Below are positions 29,819 through 39,732 of a DNA stretch of 64,000 nt, piece by piece; position 1 is the stretch's first letter, and every line of letters begins with the position of its first letter. This stretch comes from Candidatus Culexmicrobium cathedralense. Lineage in GTDB: Archaea; Thermoproteota; Methanomethylicia; Culexarchaeales; Culexmicrobiaceae. The stretch spans positions 352,001-416,000 of the forward strand of contig JANZKC010000001.1 of NCBI GenBank assembly GCA_025061115.1. Direction: 5' to 3'. The translations under genes and the position numbers were made by a program. The notes beneath the pieces were generated by a model that was not told the origin of the DNA, did not search any database, and saw only the letters and a program-made list of their open reading frames with translations.

Positions 29819-31511
29819 GCTTAACCCTCCCATACCCAAACATCTCTCCAATTTTCACAGACTCCTCACTGCTAACAAGCTCGCTATACAACTTCTTGGC
29901 CTCTTCAATGGCCTCTCCATAATCCCTAACCGCAACCACCGATGGAACTGAAATCGCCTCCCCAAAAACAAGCACTTCTTTTCTCCTTAACCTCTCGATA
30001 ACTGGCTTGAACAGCTTGGGGTGAGGTAAGCCCTTTGACGCCGCCTCTATATCTGAGTCCTCCGTCAAGCACATAACAAAGTTGTTCCAAAGCATTGCCC
30101 TAGCATCCTCGAATATCTGGGATGGACGCTGATCTATAATGCATAAAACCACTCCCCGCTTTCTCAGCTCCCTAGCAATATTTCCAAACGGAGTCATGAA
30201 GTAAACTGATGGACCTAAAAACTTGTGCGCCTCCTCAAGGAAAATCACAACGCGGTACTTTAGCTTTTTACCCGCCATAATCCTCTTAATGCACTCACTC
30301 CAAAGCCTCCTCGCAAGTATGTTTGCTATTAGCATGTATGCAACCCTATCATCACCATACCTTCCAAAGCTAATTACAACACTTCTACCTCCATCCAGAA
30401 TCTCGCTAACTACGGTAGAAGCAGTATCAACCTCCACATCATCCCACTTAATGAACTCATACCTAGCTAAGCGTGCAAGCCTACCTCTAGCAGAAAGAAG
30501 AGACATCAATGCTCCCTGACCATACCTCTCCCTAACCTCCTTCCTAACTTGCTCATCCTCCCGATCGCTAATGAAGCCGCAAAGAGCCTTCAGCCAGTCA
30601 TCCTTAAATTGCCCCTTCAGCAAGCCGGCAATCGAAGGCAGAAGGTCCATGAAAGTCCTAGTGAAGCCTAACGCTTCGCCAGACGCAATCAAATCTTCAA
30701 CAGTTATCCCCCTATAGCTCAGCATGAACATGTCCAATCCAGACTCTCTGGACAATATTTCGTCGGGAGTCAACCTAAGAAAGTCATACTTAAACGCCAG
30801 CCCAACTCCATCAGCATACTCCTCTCCAAGCTGATCCTTAACTTTCAATCCATACTCGCTGTGCATGTCGAGAATTAGAAGCTTAACCTTTTTCTCGAAA
30901 GCACCAGTATGATTCGCAAGAATAATGTAGGTTGCAATGAGATTGCCCAGGAAGGTCTTTCCAGTTCCACTTTTACCAAATATACCGAAGCATCCTCTAA
31001 CCAGCACATCCACATTGATAGGGACAAAAACAGCTAGGTCTTCGCCAATTATTGGAGCCTTAGGCTTTCCAATGTTCCACAACCTCTTGCAGTCAGCCCT
31101 TCCATAAAACGACTCAACATCATCTATTGATGGAATTCTAACTCGAGACATTAACTCCGGAATATTGTCAGCCCTCTCAACAGCCCCATTCCTATACACT
31201 GCAATTGGAATCAAAGTTATTTCAGCACCAAGCACACCTTCACGCTTAAGCCCCTCAGCAGCAACCTCTTGAACCACCCTCAAGTCATTTGAAGCCCCAT
31301 CTTCACTTCTAACCAACGCTTCAGCAATATCAGAACCAGACTTAAGCTGCAAATCGGAAATCAATGCAAGATAGGTATTCTTAGCGCCAGAAACAACTAC
31401 AATTGAGCTGGCTCTAACATCCTCAGGCGAAAATCCCCTCAAAATGTGAGCCTCAATCCCCTTACTCAAACTCCCACCAGTAATTCTAGCAAACATCTTT
31501 TCCATCATCAA
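29805..31511 (-). CDS. herA: HerA DNA translocase/helicase
   Basis: N-terminal HAS barrel, GKSGTGKT, DMHSEYG, LEEAHKF, IARELRK, DQRPS. Confidence 0.92.
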   Translation of the reverse strand: MMMEKMFARITGGSLSKGIEAHILRGFSPEDVRASSIVVVSGAKNTYLALISDLQLKSGSDIAEALVRSEDGASNDLRVVQEVAAEGLKREGVLGAEITLIPIAVYRNGAVERADNIPELMSRVRIPSIDDVESFYGRADCKRLWNIGKPKAPIIGEDLAVFVPINVDVLVRGCFGIFGKSGTGKTFLGNLIATYIILANHTGAFEKKVKLLILDMHSEYGLKVKDQLGEEYADGVGLAFKYDFLRLTPDEILSRESGLDMFMLSYRGITVEDLIASGEALGFTRTFMDLLPSIAGLLKGQFKDDWLKALCGFISDREDEQVRKEVRERYGQGALMSLLSARGRLARLARYEFIKWDDVEVDTASTVVSEILDGGRSVVISFGRYGDDRVAYMLIANILARRLWSECIKRIMAGKKLKYRVVIFLEEAHKFLGPSVYFMTPFGNIARELRKRGVVLCIIDQRPSQIFEDARAMLWNNFVMCLTEDSDIEAASKGLPHPKLFKPVIERLRRKEVLVFGEAISVPSVVAVRDYGEAIEEAKKLYSELVSSEESVKIGEMFGYGRVKRGST

Positions 31512-32176
31512 CCCTCCAACAATATCTTCCTAGCCCTATCAAGCACAAGCGAAATATTCGAGTCAACACCCCACCTAGCCATCGAAGTTGAAATGGACTT
31601 GAAAAGAGAGACGCGCTCGTCAATTGAAAACTTCTCAGCTAAAATCGAAAAGAATGCCTCTGCCAGAAACATGAACTCCCTAGTTCCCAATGCATGAACA
31701 ACAAGAGGAATGTAATCAGCTTTAAATTGATCATTGTACTCGTGAAATTCCCTTATGAACTCATCGCTTGGAATGAACGCCAAATCATGAATTAAAGGCT
31801 TCCTCCTAGGCCTAGATTGGAAGAAGCGGCCATTAGAGTACCATCCAATTGAAATTGCATGATAAGTGTCGATTAATCTGTCCTCCAAATCAGGATACCT
31901 ACTCTTAACCTGCTCTCTAGAAGCCCTCATTGGAACTGGAATTGACTGAAGGCCAGGAGCAACAAGCATTTCAGAATAATACACTATGCCTACAGTCAAG
32001 TGGGATCCACAGTTGACAACTATCAGGGAGCCATACTCGGGAGTAGCTTCATAACCATACTTGTAGGCTCTGACCTTAAATCCAGTATGATTAGATTCAT
32101 AAACTTCACCAAAAGCTGCTTCAGGGCTGGAGAAAAACTTCATCCAATCAATCCGCTCAACAACTGTTCCAACCAA
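31508..32176 (-). CDS. Standalone HAS-barrel protein
   Basis: FGEVYES..GF.V..Y..PEYGSLIV...VGIVY...PLIHD pattern; sits between nurA and herA and overlaps the herA start. Confidence 0.72.
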   Translation of the reverse strand: MVGTVVERIDWMKFFSSPEAAFGEVYESNHTGFKVRAYKYGYEATPEYGSLIVVNCGSHLTVGIVYYSEMLVAPGLQSIPVPMRASREQVKSRYPDLEDRLIDTYHAISIGWYSNGRFFQSRPRRKPLIHDLAFIPSDEFIREFHEYNDQFKADYIPLVVHALGTREFMFLAEAFFSILAEKFSIDERVSLFKSISTSMARWGVDSNISLVLDRARKILLEG

Positions 32177-32213
32177 AGCAACTCCTCCAATAACCTCTAA
32201 ATCCAGGAACTAA

Positions 32214-33425
32214 TTAAACCACGCCCCTAAGCTTACGCCTAAACTTACCGGACAAGCTCAACCTAGCCTCACCAGAACTTCTAAGCAACCTGTCAATGTA
32301 AGTTAGCACCCAAGCTCTTTCGCGAGAGCTAATGTAAGCCCGCTCATGAGCCCTCTCCAAAATGTAAGGATAACCCCTACCAATAATCGACTGGGCAAGC
32401 ACACCCTTATGAATGAAGTCAACATGATCAGCACACCAACTTGGAAATTCAACCCTAAACACGTTAGAAGCACCAACCTTAAGGTAAAAGCCAACAACCT
32501 TCAATTCACTGAACTCGCTAGTCAATTGACTTTTAACCTCAAATAGTGGAGATCTCCATCCAAGCTCCAAGGCCTTATCAAACAAAATTAAATCCCTAAT
32601 TGAAGCAAGCCTCCTGCACTCAAGCTCCTCACCACTACTAATGCACTCAGAACAAACTTTAGATCCACAAACAACCGACCTAATAACAGAGAAGGTAAAT
32701 GCCCTAGACCTAGTGTAGAAAACTCCAACAGGAATTACATTCAAATTCTTTAGCTCCTCATGAAGACTCAACATTGCGCTAACAACCTTACTTCTAAATT
32801 CCTTAGACCTAGCCATAAGGTAGCCCATCGAAAAACTTTCATCAAAAAGTGCAAGAGTTGCTTCGCCCTTAGGAGCCTTGCCCACCAAATCCCTAATTAC
32901 CCTAAGCTCATCCTCAATCCTTTTAACCTCAAGTATCCAAGCTGGAACCCGCCTACGTCCCTTAAACTCCTCAACAATCTCCTTAGAAGCATAGAAAAAA
33001 GGAGTGCTTCCCTCCAAGTAAATTGACTTCCTGCCATAGAGAACAGCTTGATACCCAACATTAACCAAGAGAAATACTGGTGAAATATGAGGCGTAGGAG
33101 TGATTTCACTAGTATCAACACCAATAATTAAAGTTCTCGAGAGAGCTTCATCAGCCCACCTCTCATCAATTGGTCTAAGTGGACTCCAATTTGGAGGTGG
33201 CTTAGGATTAAACTCCAAGGGATAAGCAATCTCCCTAAACCGCCTAATAAGCTTGGACTCCTCACTTGCAAGCAATTTCAAATTGCCAAAGCTCAGCTTC
33301 CTAAAGGCATCCACCATTACTTCAGAAAGTTCTGGAAAACGATTAGCCTCATCAATTAACAACTGAAGCTTCTCCCTAATTTGAACTTGAACTTTAGGTG
33401 CATCCAGCACGTTCTCAACCCACAT
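32214..33425 (-). CDS. nurA: NurA nuclease
   Basis: GVDTSEI, LFDES, RVEFP, GYPYILERAHERA. Confidence 0.88.
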   Translation of the reverse strand: MWVENVLDAPKVQVQIREKLQLLIDEANRFPELSEVMVDAFRKLSFGNLKLLASEESKLIRRFREIAYPLEFNPKPPPNWSPLRPIDERWADEALSRTLIIGVDTSEITPTPHISPVFLLVNVGYQAVLYGRKSIYLEGSTPFFYASKEIVEEFKGRRRVPAWILEVKRIEDELRVIRDLVGKAPKGEATLALFDESFSMGYLMARSKEFRSKVVSAMLSLHEELKNLNVIPVGVFYTRSRAFTFSVIRSVVCGSKVCSECISSGEELECRRLASIRDLILFDKALELGWRSPLFEVKSQLTSEFSELKVVGFYLKVGASNVFRVEFPSWCADHVDFIHKGVLAQSIIGRGYPYILERAHERAYISSRERAWVLTYIDRLLRSSGEARLSLSGKFRRKLRGVV

Positions 33426-33542
33426 TAATAGTTATGATAGCATCTATAAAGATTCTAGCTACAAAAATCTTGAATACATCATGCATATCGAAATACGGGC
33501 AATACTATAGATAACTTAATAATAGATTTACATAAAAGTAAA

Positions 33543-35153
33543 TTAAAGGTCTTTTAGAGCCAAATATTTTAGCTTCACTTGTTTAAAATTAGTATATATT
33601 TTATCTTTATCTAGCCTAATTACAATTCTCTTTAGCCAAGTGTCATCTCTTTGGTTTGGAAAGTCACTTCTATAGTGTGCACCTCGGCTTTCTTCTCGCA
33701 GTAAAGCTGACATTCCGACTACTTCGGCAATTAGAATCATGTTTTGAAGCTCTAGTGCCTCCATAACTTCAATTTTATTTGAAGCTCTTATTTCCCTAGC
33801 TTCACTTTTAACTTCAGCAATGAATTTTAGTAGCTCATTTAAATCATCCTTATTTCTAATTACTCCGCACTTATGCCACATTGCGCTTTTGAGCTTTAAT
33901 TTCAACTCTTTTGGATTAATTCGTCCAACTTTGAAAGCACTTATTTGGGCTTCATACTTCTTAATTATACCTTGGTCAATGCCTATTTCTTTGCAAGTCT
34001 TTGCCCACTCAGCTGCTGCCCTTCCAGCTCTAGCTCCAAAAACTATTGCCTCTGTTAGTGCATTGCCCCCCAGCCTGTTTGCTCCATGAACTCCGCCAGC
34101 AACTTCCCCGCAGGCATAAAGTCCTGGAACCTTTGTTTCGCCATTAACGCCTATCTCGACGCCGCCCATGGTGAAGTGCGCTAGTGGAGCTACCTTCACT
34201 CTACTCTTAGTTATCTTTAGTATTCTAATTAGCGATTGAGCTATTCTCGATAATATTTTCGATTTTCCTCCAGCTTCGCTGGTTAAATCTAGAATTAACG
34301 CTTCATCAACTCCTCTTCCCTCTTTAATTTCGATCCACATAGCCCTTGATAGTAGGTCTCTAAATTGAATTGCAGCTACCGAAAGTGGAGCATCGATATG
34401 ATACTTCTCGAGTATATCTTCATTTATTGAGTTAACTAGTTTTCCCGATACTGCTGGGAAAAGCCATGTAGGCATTCCCTTCTCAGCTAGACCTAGAGGG
34501 AAGAACTGCGTGAACTCCATGTCAATTAAGTTTGCACCTGCTTTAAGGGCCATTGCACATCCATCGCCAGTTACTCTAACAGGATTGTCGTTTCTGAGAA
34601 AAAGTTGACTGTAGCCTCCAGTAGCTAAGATCACTGCCTTAGCGGAAACTGCTCGAACCTTACCGGAATTTACATCATAGAGTATTACTCCATAAACGCG
34701 ATCCTCAACCAATATGTCGATTGCCATTACGCCCTCAATAAATTTAACTCCAATGCTAGATGTGTAGTTGGCCAGCGGTTTTACCAAACCAAGTCCACTT
34801 GCCGGTGGAGTTCCATGAACATATGTACCTCCAGGCCGCACTTTAATTTCAACACCGAAATTCTTCAATTCTAATAGCCGTTCAGGAGCTTCGAGAACCA
34901 TCAACCGCACTAATTCCTGATCATTAAGGAACTTGCCACCAACAATTGTCTCCTCAAAGTGTCTCTCAAGACTGTAGCCCTCAAAAGCAGCTTTAAATCC
35001 ACCTCCAGCATACATGGTTGAAGAAGCATATCCAATTGGAGCTTTGGAAGCTATAGCAACCTTTGCGCCCTCCTTGGCAGCTGCAATAGCAGCTCTTAAT
35101 CCAGCTGCACCACCGCCAATAACCAAAACGTCAGTGGATGACAAGCAGGACAC
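33543..35153 (-). CDS. SdhA/FrdA/NadB-family flavoprotein (divergent)
   Basis: IGGGAAG, ATGG, TGDG, DMEFTQF, HFTMGG, GVHGANRLGGNAL, REESRGAHYRSDFP. Confidence 0.88.
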   Translation of the reverse strand: MSCLSSTDVLVIGGGAAGLRAAIAAAKEGAKVAIASKAPIGYASSTMYAGGGFKAAFEGYSLERHFEETIVGGKFLNDQELVRLMVLEAPERLLELKNFGVEIKVRPGGTYVHGTPPASGLGLVKPLANYTSSIGVKFIEGVMAIDILVEDRVYGVILYDVNSGKVRAVSAKAVILATGGYSQLFLRNDNPVRVTGDGCAMALKAGANLIDMEFTQFFPLGLAEKGMPTWLFPAVSGKLVNSINEDILEKYHIDAPLSVAAIQFRDLLSRAMWIEIKEGRGVDEALILDLTSEAGGKSKILSRIAQSLIRILKITKSRVKVAPLAHFTMGGVEIGVNGETKVPGLYACGEVAGGVHGANRLGGNALTEAIVFGARAGRAAAEWAKTCKEIGIDQGIIKKYEAQISAFKVGRINPKELKLKLKSAMWHKCGVIRNKDDLNELLKFIAEVKSEAREIRASNKIEVMEALELQNMILIAEVVGMSALLREESRGAHYRSDFPNQRDDTWLKRIVIRLDKDKIYTNFKQVKLKYLALKDL

Positions 35154-35250
35154 CTAGCTAAAATCGATTTCAAAACTTAAAAGCATTAAGAAAAGACATC
35201 CAACATATTATGAAAATAATTATGAATAAATTTAGCATAAATTAAAAGTG

Positions 35251-35808
35251 CTAGAGACCCAGTTCCTCAGCTATTCCCTTCAATGCCTCTAAGCTTAATT
35301 CCAGAAAAGTTCTAAGATCCAAGCCTATATCTTCGCATAGTAGGATTCTCGAGCGATTAACACCTCTTGCGAAGTCTTTCTGCTTAAACTTCTTAAGTAG
35401 ACTTCTAACTTTAACTTCCTCAAGCTTCTTATTGGGCATTACGAGCGCAGTGGCCACTATTAATCCTGAAGCGTGATCTGCAGCTTTAAGTGCTATTGCA
35501 AGCTTCGAGGTAGCTTTGAAGCCCAAAGCATCATTATGACACTTGATGGCATCTAGAGCTTCATCGGGAAGTACATCCTTCAACAACTCAACAGTCTTCA
35601 ATCCATGGACATTCATGTCTCCACCTGTGAGCTCGTAGTCCAGGTCATGAAGAAGTCCCGTTAAACCCCAAAGCTCCGCATTCTCGTTGAAATGTTCAGC
35701 CAATTTCCTCATTATCGCCTCTACAGCAAGCATGTGCTTAATCAACTTACCATTTTTCACGTACTTTCCAATTAACTTAAGGGCTTCATCACGACTAATT
35801 TCCTGCAA
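35251..35808 (-). CDS. HD-domain (HDIG) phosphohydrolase
   Basis: KHMLAVEAIM, GLLHDLDYE, HG, KKFKQKDFARG. Confidence 0.88.
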   Translation of the reverse strand: MQEISRDEALKLIGKYVKNGKLIKHMLAVEAIMRKLAEHFNENAELWGLTGLLHDLDYELTGGDMNVHGLKTVELLKDVLPDEALDAIKCHNDALGFKATSKLAIALKAADHASGLIVATALVMPNKKLEEVKVRSLLKKFKQKDFARGVNRSRILLCEDIGLDLRTFLELSLEALKGIAEELGL

Positions 35809-36055
35809 TCTACCTCACCCGATACAAAGTATGCCAATAATGTGATTATTAACTCTTGCAGTGTAGGATTTCAAATAGAAAGCTCATAATAAATCATCAT
35901 ATTTTGAAAACACGTTTGATCATATCTAACTATACTACCTAAACTAGATATATGATAATTACATCAATCTGATTATACAAGTAGAAAATTATGCATAATC
36001 TTATTAGGATTATATGGAGAGGATGTGTTTCACTACTTTAAATATAAAATTATTA

Positions 36056-36863
36056 TTAAATTTTGTTAATGCTTAGCAAACTAGTGTATAAGTCCACTCT
36101 TCTATCCTTCATAATGTGATTGTATTTTGTAATCCATTTGTTTCTTGCTTGAGAAATGTCAATGTCCACCACTCCAACATCTCCTTCCTCACTTCCTGCT
36201 TGAATGAGAACTTCCATTTTTGGGCTTGTCGCTTGGCTTAAACCTATGAACTTAAGTTTTTCACCTCCACGCTCATCAACTCCCACTCTATTAGCGGTAA
36301 TTGTGAAAACTATATTTTCAATGAATCTTGCCAGCATTACTTTAGGAGCGTAAGGTAAGACTAGATTTGCTGGGTGGCAAATTATGTCGGCACATTTAAT
36401 TGCCAAAATCCTCGCAGCATCTGGAAAACACCAATCAAAGCATATTATTACTCCAATTTTAGCTAAACTTATATCAAACACTTTAAAGCTTGAATCGCCT
36501 TGAGCGAATATGAATTTCTCCTTATAAAATAGGTGGGATTTTCGGTAAGCTCCAATGAAACCATTGGGACCAACTATAACTGCAGAGTTGAAACTTTCTT
36601 TTCAGCGCGTTCAGCTATTCCAGCAACTATATATGTCTTAGTTTTCTCGGCAATCTCAATTAACTTCTTGGTGGTAAACCCGTTTGGAATTGGTTCGGAA
36701 AGCTCTAGAGCTTCTTCTTCACTTAAAAAAGATATCCAGTGTTAAATAGCTCTGGAAGTATGAGTAGGTCTGCATCGGCTTCTTCAATTAAGCTGATGGC
36801 CTTCTCAACGTTTTCCTTTATCATTCCAAATTTTGGTGCTAGTTGAACATACCCTATTTTCAC
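36056..36863 (-). pseudogene. Frameshifted nitrilase/carbon-nitrogen hydrolase
   Basis: GTG 36863: MKIGYVQLAPKFG..LPELFNTGY, frameshift in A6 at 36725-36730, ..IVAGIAER, second frameshift near 36591, NSAV..YRKSHLF..ICFDW; E-K-C triad split over three frames. Confidence 0.85.
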
Positions 36864-36896
36864 TTACTAACCTCTAAAAATGGATGTGAAGCGATG

Positions 36897-38102
36897 TTAT
36901 GCTGGAATTATTAGGTCCTCCAAGTTTCTAGGGTAGTAAGTTACGACTTCAGCTCCATCCTCAGTTATTATGACTGTATCTGAGTGCCTGAAACCTGCGA
37001 AGCCAGGTATGTATATTCCCGGCTCACAGCTGAAGACCATTCCCGGCTTTAGAATGGTATTATCACCATCTTCAATCCAAGGAGGCTCATGTCCTTCCAA
37101 TCCAATTCCATGTCCAACTCTGTGAAGAATGTACTCTGCTGGAACGCCTTCCTCCTTAAATACTTTGAATGCCGCCTTATTAACTTCACACGCCTTTATT
37201 CCGGGCTTGAAAGCATCTAAAGCTGCTTGCTGAGCTTTAACCATTATGTTGAAGTACTTCTCCTGCTTCTTCGTTGGCTTTCCAACGATCATTGTCCTCT
37301 CAAGCTCAGCACTATATCCTCCAATTTTAGCTCCAGCTCCAGTGACCAGCACGTCTCCTTCCTTCACAATCATGCTTCCAGCAAGCATGTGTGGATAAGC
37401 TGAATACTCACCTATTTGACCCCTAAATCCAGCTCTAGCCGGTAGAGAATTTCCAGGATCAAATTCTGGGCCTAGAGTTTTAATCATGGCTACTGAAGCC
37501 TCATAACTTGCTCTCATTGCAATCTCAGTTTCAATGAGGCCTGGAGAAGTGTAGTCCTGCAGTAGTCTATGAGCCAAATTGGCCCACTTAGCGCTTTCCC
37601 TAATCAAGTTTAACTCCTCTTCGCATTTGATTAGCCTCATATCATCAATTATGTCCGGCGCAAGTACAACTTTCATTTTTGGAAGAACTTCATTGAGCTT
37701 CGGCCCCTTATACCCCATAATTCCAGGATATCCTGGAGCGTCCGCAGCAACACTCTTGTCGTGAAGCTTCATTTCCTCTAAAGCTTTAGCCAAAACTTTC
37801 ATTGGATGCTCGACGCCAGGATACTCGAAGTAAACTATTCTCTTCCTAATATATGGAATTCTAAATTTAGAGTGATCCTCCTCAAGTTTTGGTATGAAGA
37901 GTGCAGGCTCATCAGCTACTGGAAGTATTAGTGCTATTGGCCTCTCAGTTGGTATAACAGTATATCCAGTCAGGTAAAATATTCTCAGTGGACTGAAAAG
38001 TATTAGTGCATGCAAATCCTTTTTCTCAAGCGTCTTCCTTACAGAATCCATTCTCTTCATGTAGGTCGAATTACTAATTGAGAATCGAGACACACCTATC
38101 AC
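36897..38102 (-). CDS. M24 Xaa-Pro aminopeptidase/creatinase-family protein
   Basis: MRLIK, YPH, ELERT, HRVGHGIGLEGHEPP, EPGIY, RHSDT. Confidence 0.9.
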   Translation of the reverse strand: MIGVSRFSISNSTYMKRMDSVRKTLEKKDLHALILFSPLRIFYLTGYTVIPTERPIALILPVADEPALFIPKLEEDHSKFRIPYIRKRIVYFEYPGVEHPMKVLAKALEEMKLHDKSVAADAPGYPGIMGYKGPKLNEVLPKMKVVLAPDIIDDMRLIKCEEELNLIRESAKWANLAHRLLQDYTSPGLIETEIAMRASYEASVAMIKTLGPEFDPGNSLPARAGFRGQIGEYSAYPHMLAGSMIVKEGDVLVTGAGAKIGGYSAELERTMIVGKPTKKQEKYFNIMVKAQQAALDAFKPGIKACEVNKAAFKVFKEEGVPAEYILHRVGHGIGLEGHEPPWIEDGDNTILKPGMVFSCEPGIYIPGFAGFRHSDTVIITEDGAEVVTYYPRNLEDLIIPA

Positions 38103-38142
38103 CAGTAAAATAATTGGGTATAAAGGTTTAAAGCCTATTTGG

Positions 38143-39102
38143 TTAAAGAATTATAGAGCGCAGAATGCTAATAGCTTCAACCATGACTTTCATCTTTCCA
38201 ACCGCTAATTTCTGAGCTTCATCTTCATCTCCTAAAACTTGCCTAAAAGCTCTAAAGCCGCAGTCTGGAGCTAAAAATAGGCGTTCATAGCCAAATCTCT
38301 CTCCAGCACTCTCAATGAAATCAATGACCTCAGCTACGCTTTCCAATTTAATTCTACTATCGTCAGGAGCCGTTTGCACGCACCCCAACCCTAGAATTTT
38401 ATCATACATTTCAAGGTCACGCCTAGAATATGCGGAGAGATTCTGCGGGAAACCCTTAAACTCGTGATGCAGTATTTGAGCAGATGTTTGAAGAAGTATT
38501 TGGGTTAACCCCCTAACATCTCCACAGACGTGAACTCCAGTTAGCTTCCCCTTACTTCTAGCTACCTTCAGAGGGCGGCTTATAGACTTAATTAAAAGCT
38601 CATCATCCAATCCCAGCCATGAAGCATAGGATAGGGATGGCTCATCAATAAAAACTACTTTAACCCCGCCAACCGAAGATAATTGCTCAACTATCTTAGC
38701 CATAGCTTCAATAAACTCCTCAACTATGCTTGGATAACTCAAAGCAACCTTATTTTCGGTAACTTTCGTTACTGAAGCCAGCGTTAAAGGACCAGTAACT
38801 TGAATCTTCAAATCCGCACGCCCTCTAATTTCTGAAATAATTTTTAACGCTTCCTCGATTTGATCAATTAAGTTGCGTGCATTGGGAGCTTTAAGTGATG
38901 AAGTTAACCATGGAGTTTCATCAACGATATCTATTCCACATTTCTGAGATGCAAACTCCTTAAGGTATATTAGGCAGAAATCCTCCAGCTGCGGCAATGC
39001 AGGGTAGTCTATGCCTACTTCAACCTGATCAATAACAGCTCTTCTAAAATTATCTTTTGAAGAAGATAGCGGGAAGCTACCAATAGTCGTAGTTGGCAGC
39101 AT
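38143..39102 (-). CDS. Core (single-barrel) MetE-like methionine synthase
   Basis: TTIGSFP, VTGPLTLA, IDEPSL, Zn ligands HVC, E (HHEF), APDCGF. Confidence 0.8.
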   Translation of the reverse strand: MLPTTTIGSFPLSSSKDNFRRAVIDQVEVGIDYPALPQLEDFCLIYLKEFASQKCGIDIVDETPWLTSSLKAPNARNLIDQIEEALKIISEIRGRADLKIQVTGPLTLASVTKVTENKVALSYPSIVEEFIEAMAKIVEQLSSVGGVKVVFIDEPSLSYASWLGLDDELLIKSISRPLKVARSKGKLTGVHVCGDVRGLTQILLQTSAQILHHEFKGFPQNLSAYSRRDLEMYDKILGLGCVQTAPDDSRIKLESVAEVIDFIESAGERFGYERLFLAPDCGFRAFRQVLGDEDEAQKLAVGKMKVMVEAISILRSIIL

Positions 39103-39147
39103 AATTAAAATTGAATGAACATTTAGCTTAATAATTTATTTGCAGCT

Positions 39148-39732
39148 TCACCCCTCCAATTCGGTTTTTGGCGCTGAAGCCATTTCTTCCAGCTCCTCAA
39201 TGCTGTCTTTATAGCCGCTAACCATGAGGAGGTCATCTGCATCAACTATGAAGTCGTTTGGCGGATTTCTATTCCACCTACCTCCAAGCTTCTTAACTGC
39301 TAAAACTTTAATTCCCATTTCATCTAAGGCAAGCTCCTCAAGGCTTTTTCCATCGAGCTCGCTTCCCTCCTCAACCCTAACTATAGCTACGCTCTCCTCA
39401 ACCTCATGGAAAACAACGCGAAGTATTGGATGCGGCGGAAGGCCTCTTGCAACAACATCTGCTATAGAGGCAGCTGCGTCGGATATAGCTTCAGCCGACA
39501 AGCCAAGCCTTATTAGTCCTAAAACTCCTCTCTCTTGACCCTCCCTCTCCTTAAGCTTTAAAACTTCAAGCTCAAACTCCGTGTGAAGCTCGTCAACCTC
39601 CTCCTCCAGGCGCAGTACCTCTTCAGCAAAGACTTTATCATTGTAAAGGAGCGCCGAATAAGCGAGATCTATCATGGTTCTAGACGTGTCCAACAGCCTT
39701 AACAGCAGATTCTCGATTCGCTCTAAGCTCAC
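39148..39732 (-). CDS. PhoU + TrkA_C (RCK_C) domain protein
   Basis: MIDLAYSALL..EVLRLEEEVD; C-terminal GSELDGKSL..VLAVK. Confidence 0.85.
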   Translation of the reverse strand: MSLERIENLLLRLLDTSRTMIDLAYSALLYNDKVFAEEVLRLEEEVDELHTEFELEVLKLKEREGQERGVLGLIRLGLSAEAISDAAASIADVVARGLPPHPILRVVFHEVEESVAIVRVEEGSELDGKSLEELALDEMGIKVLAVKKLGGRWNRNPPNDFIVDADDLLMVSGYKDSIEELEEMASAPKTELEG

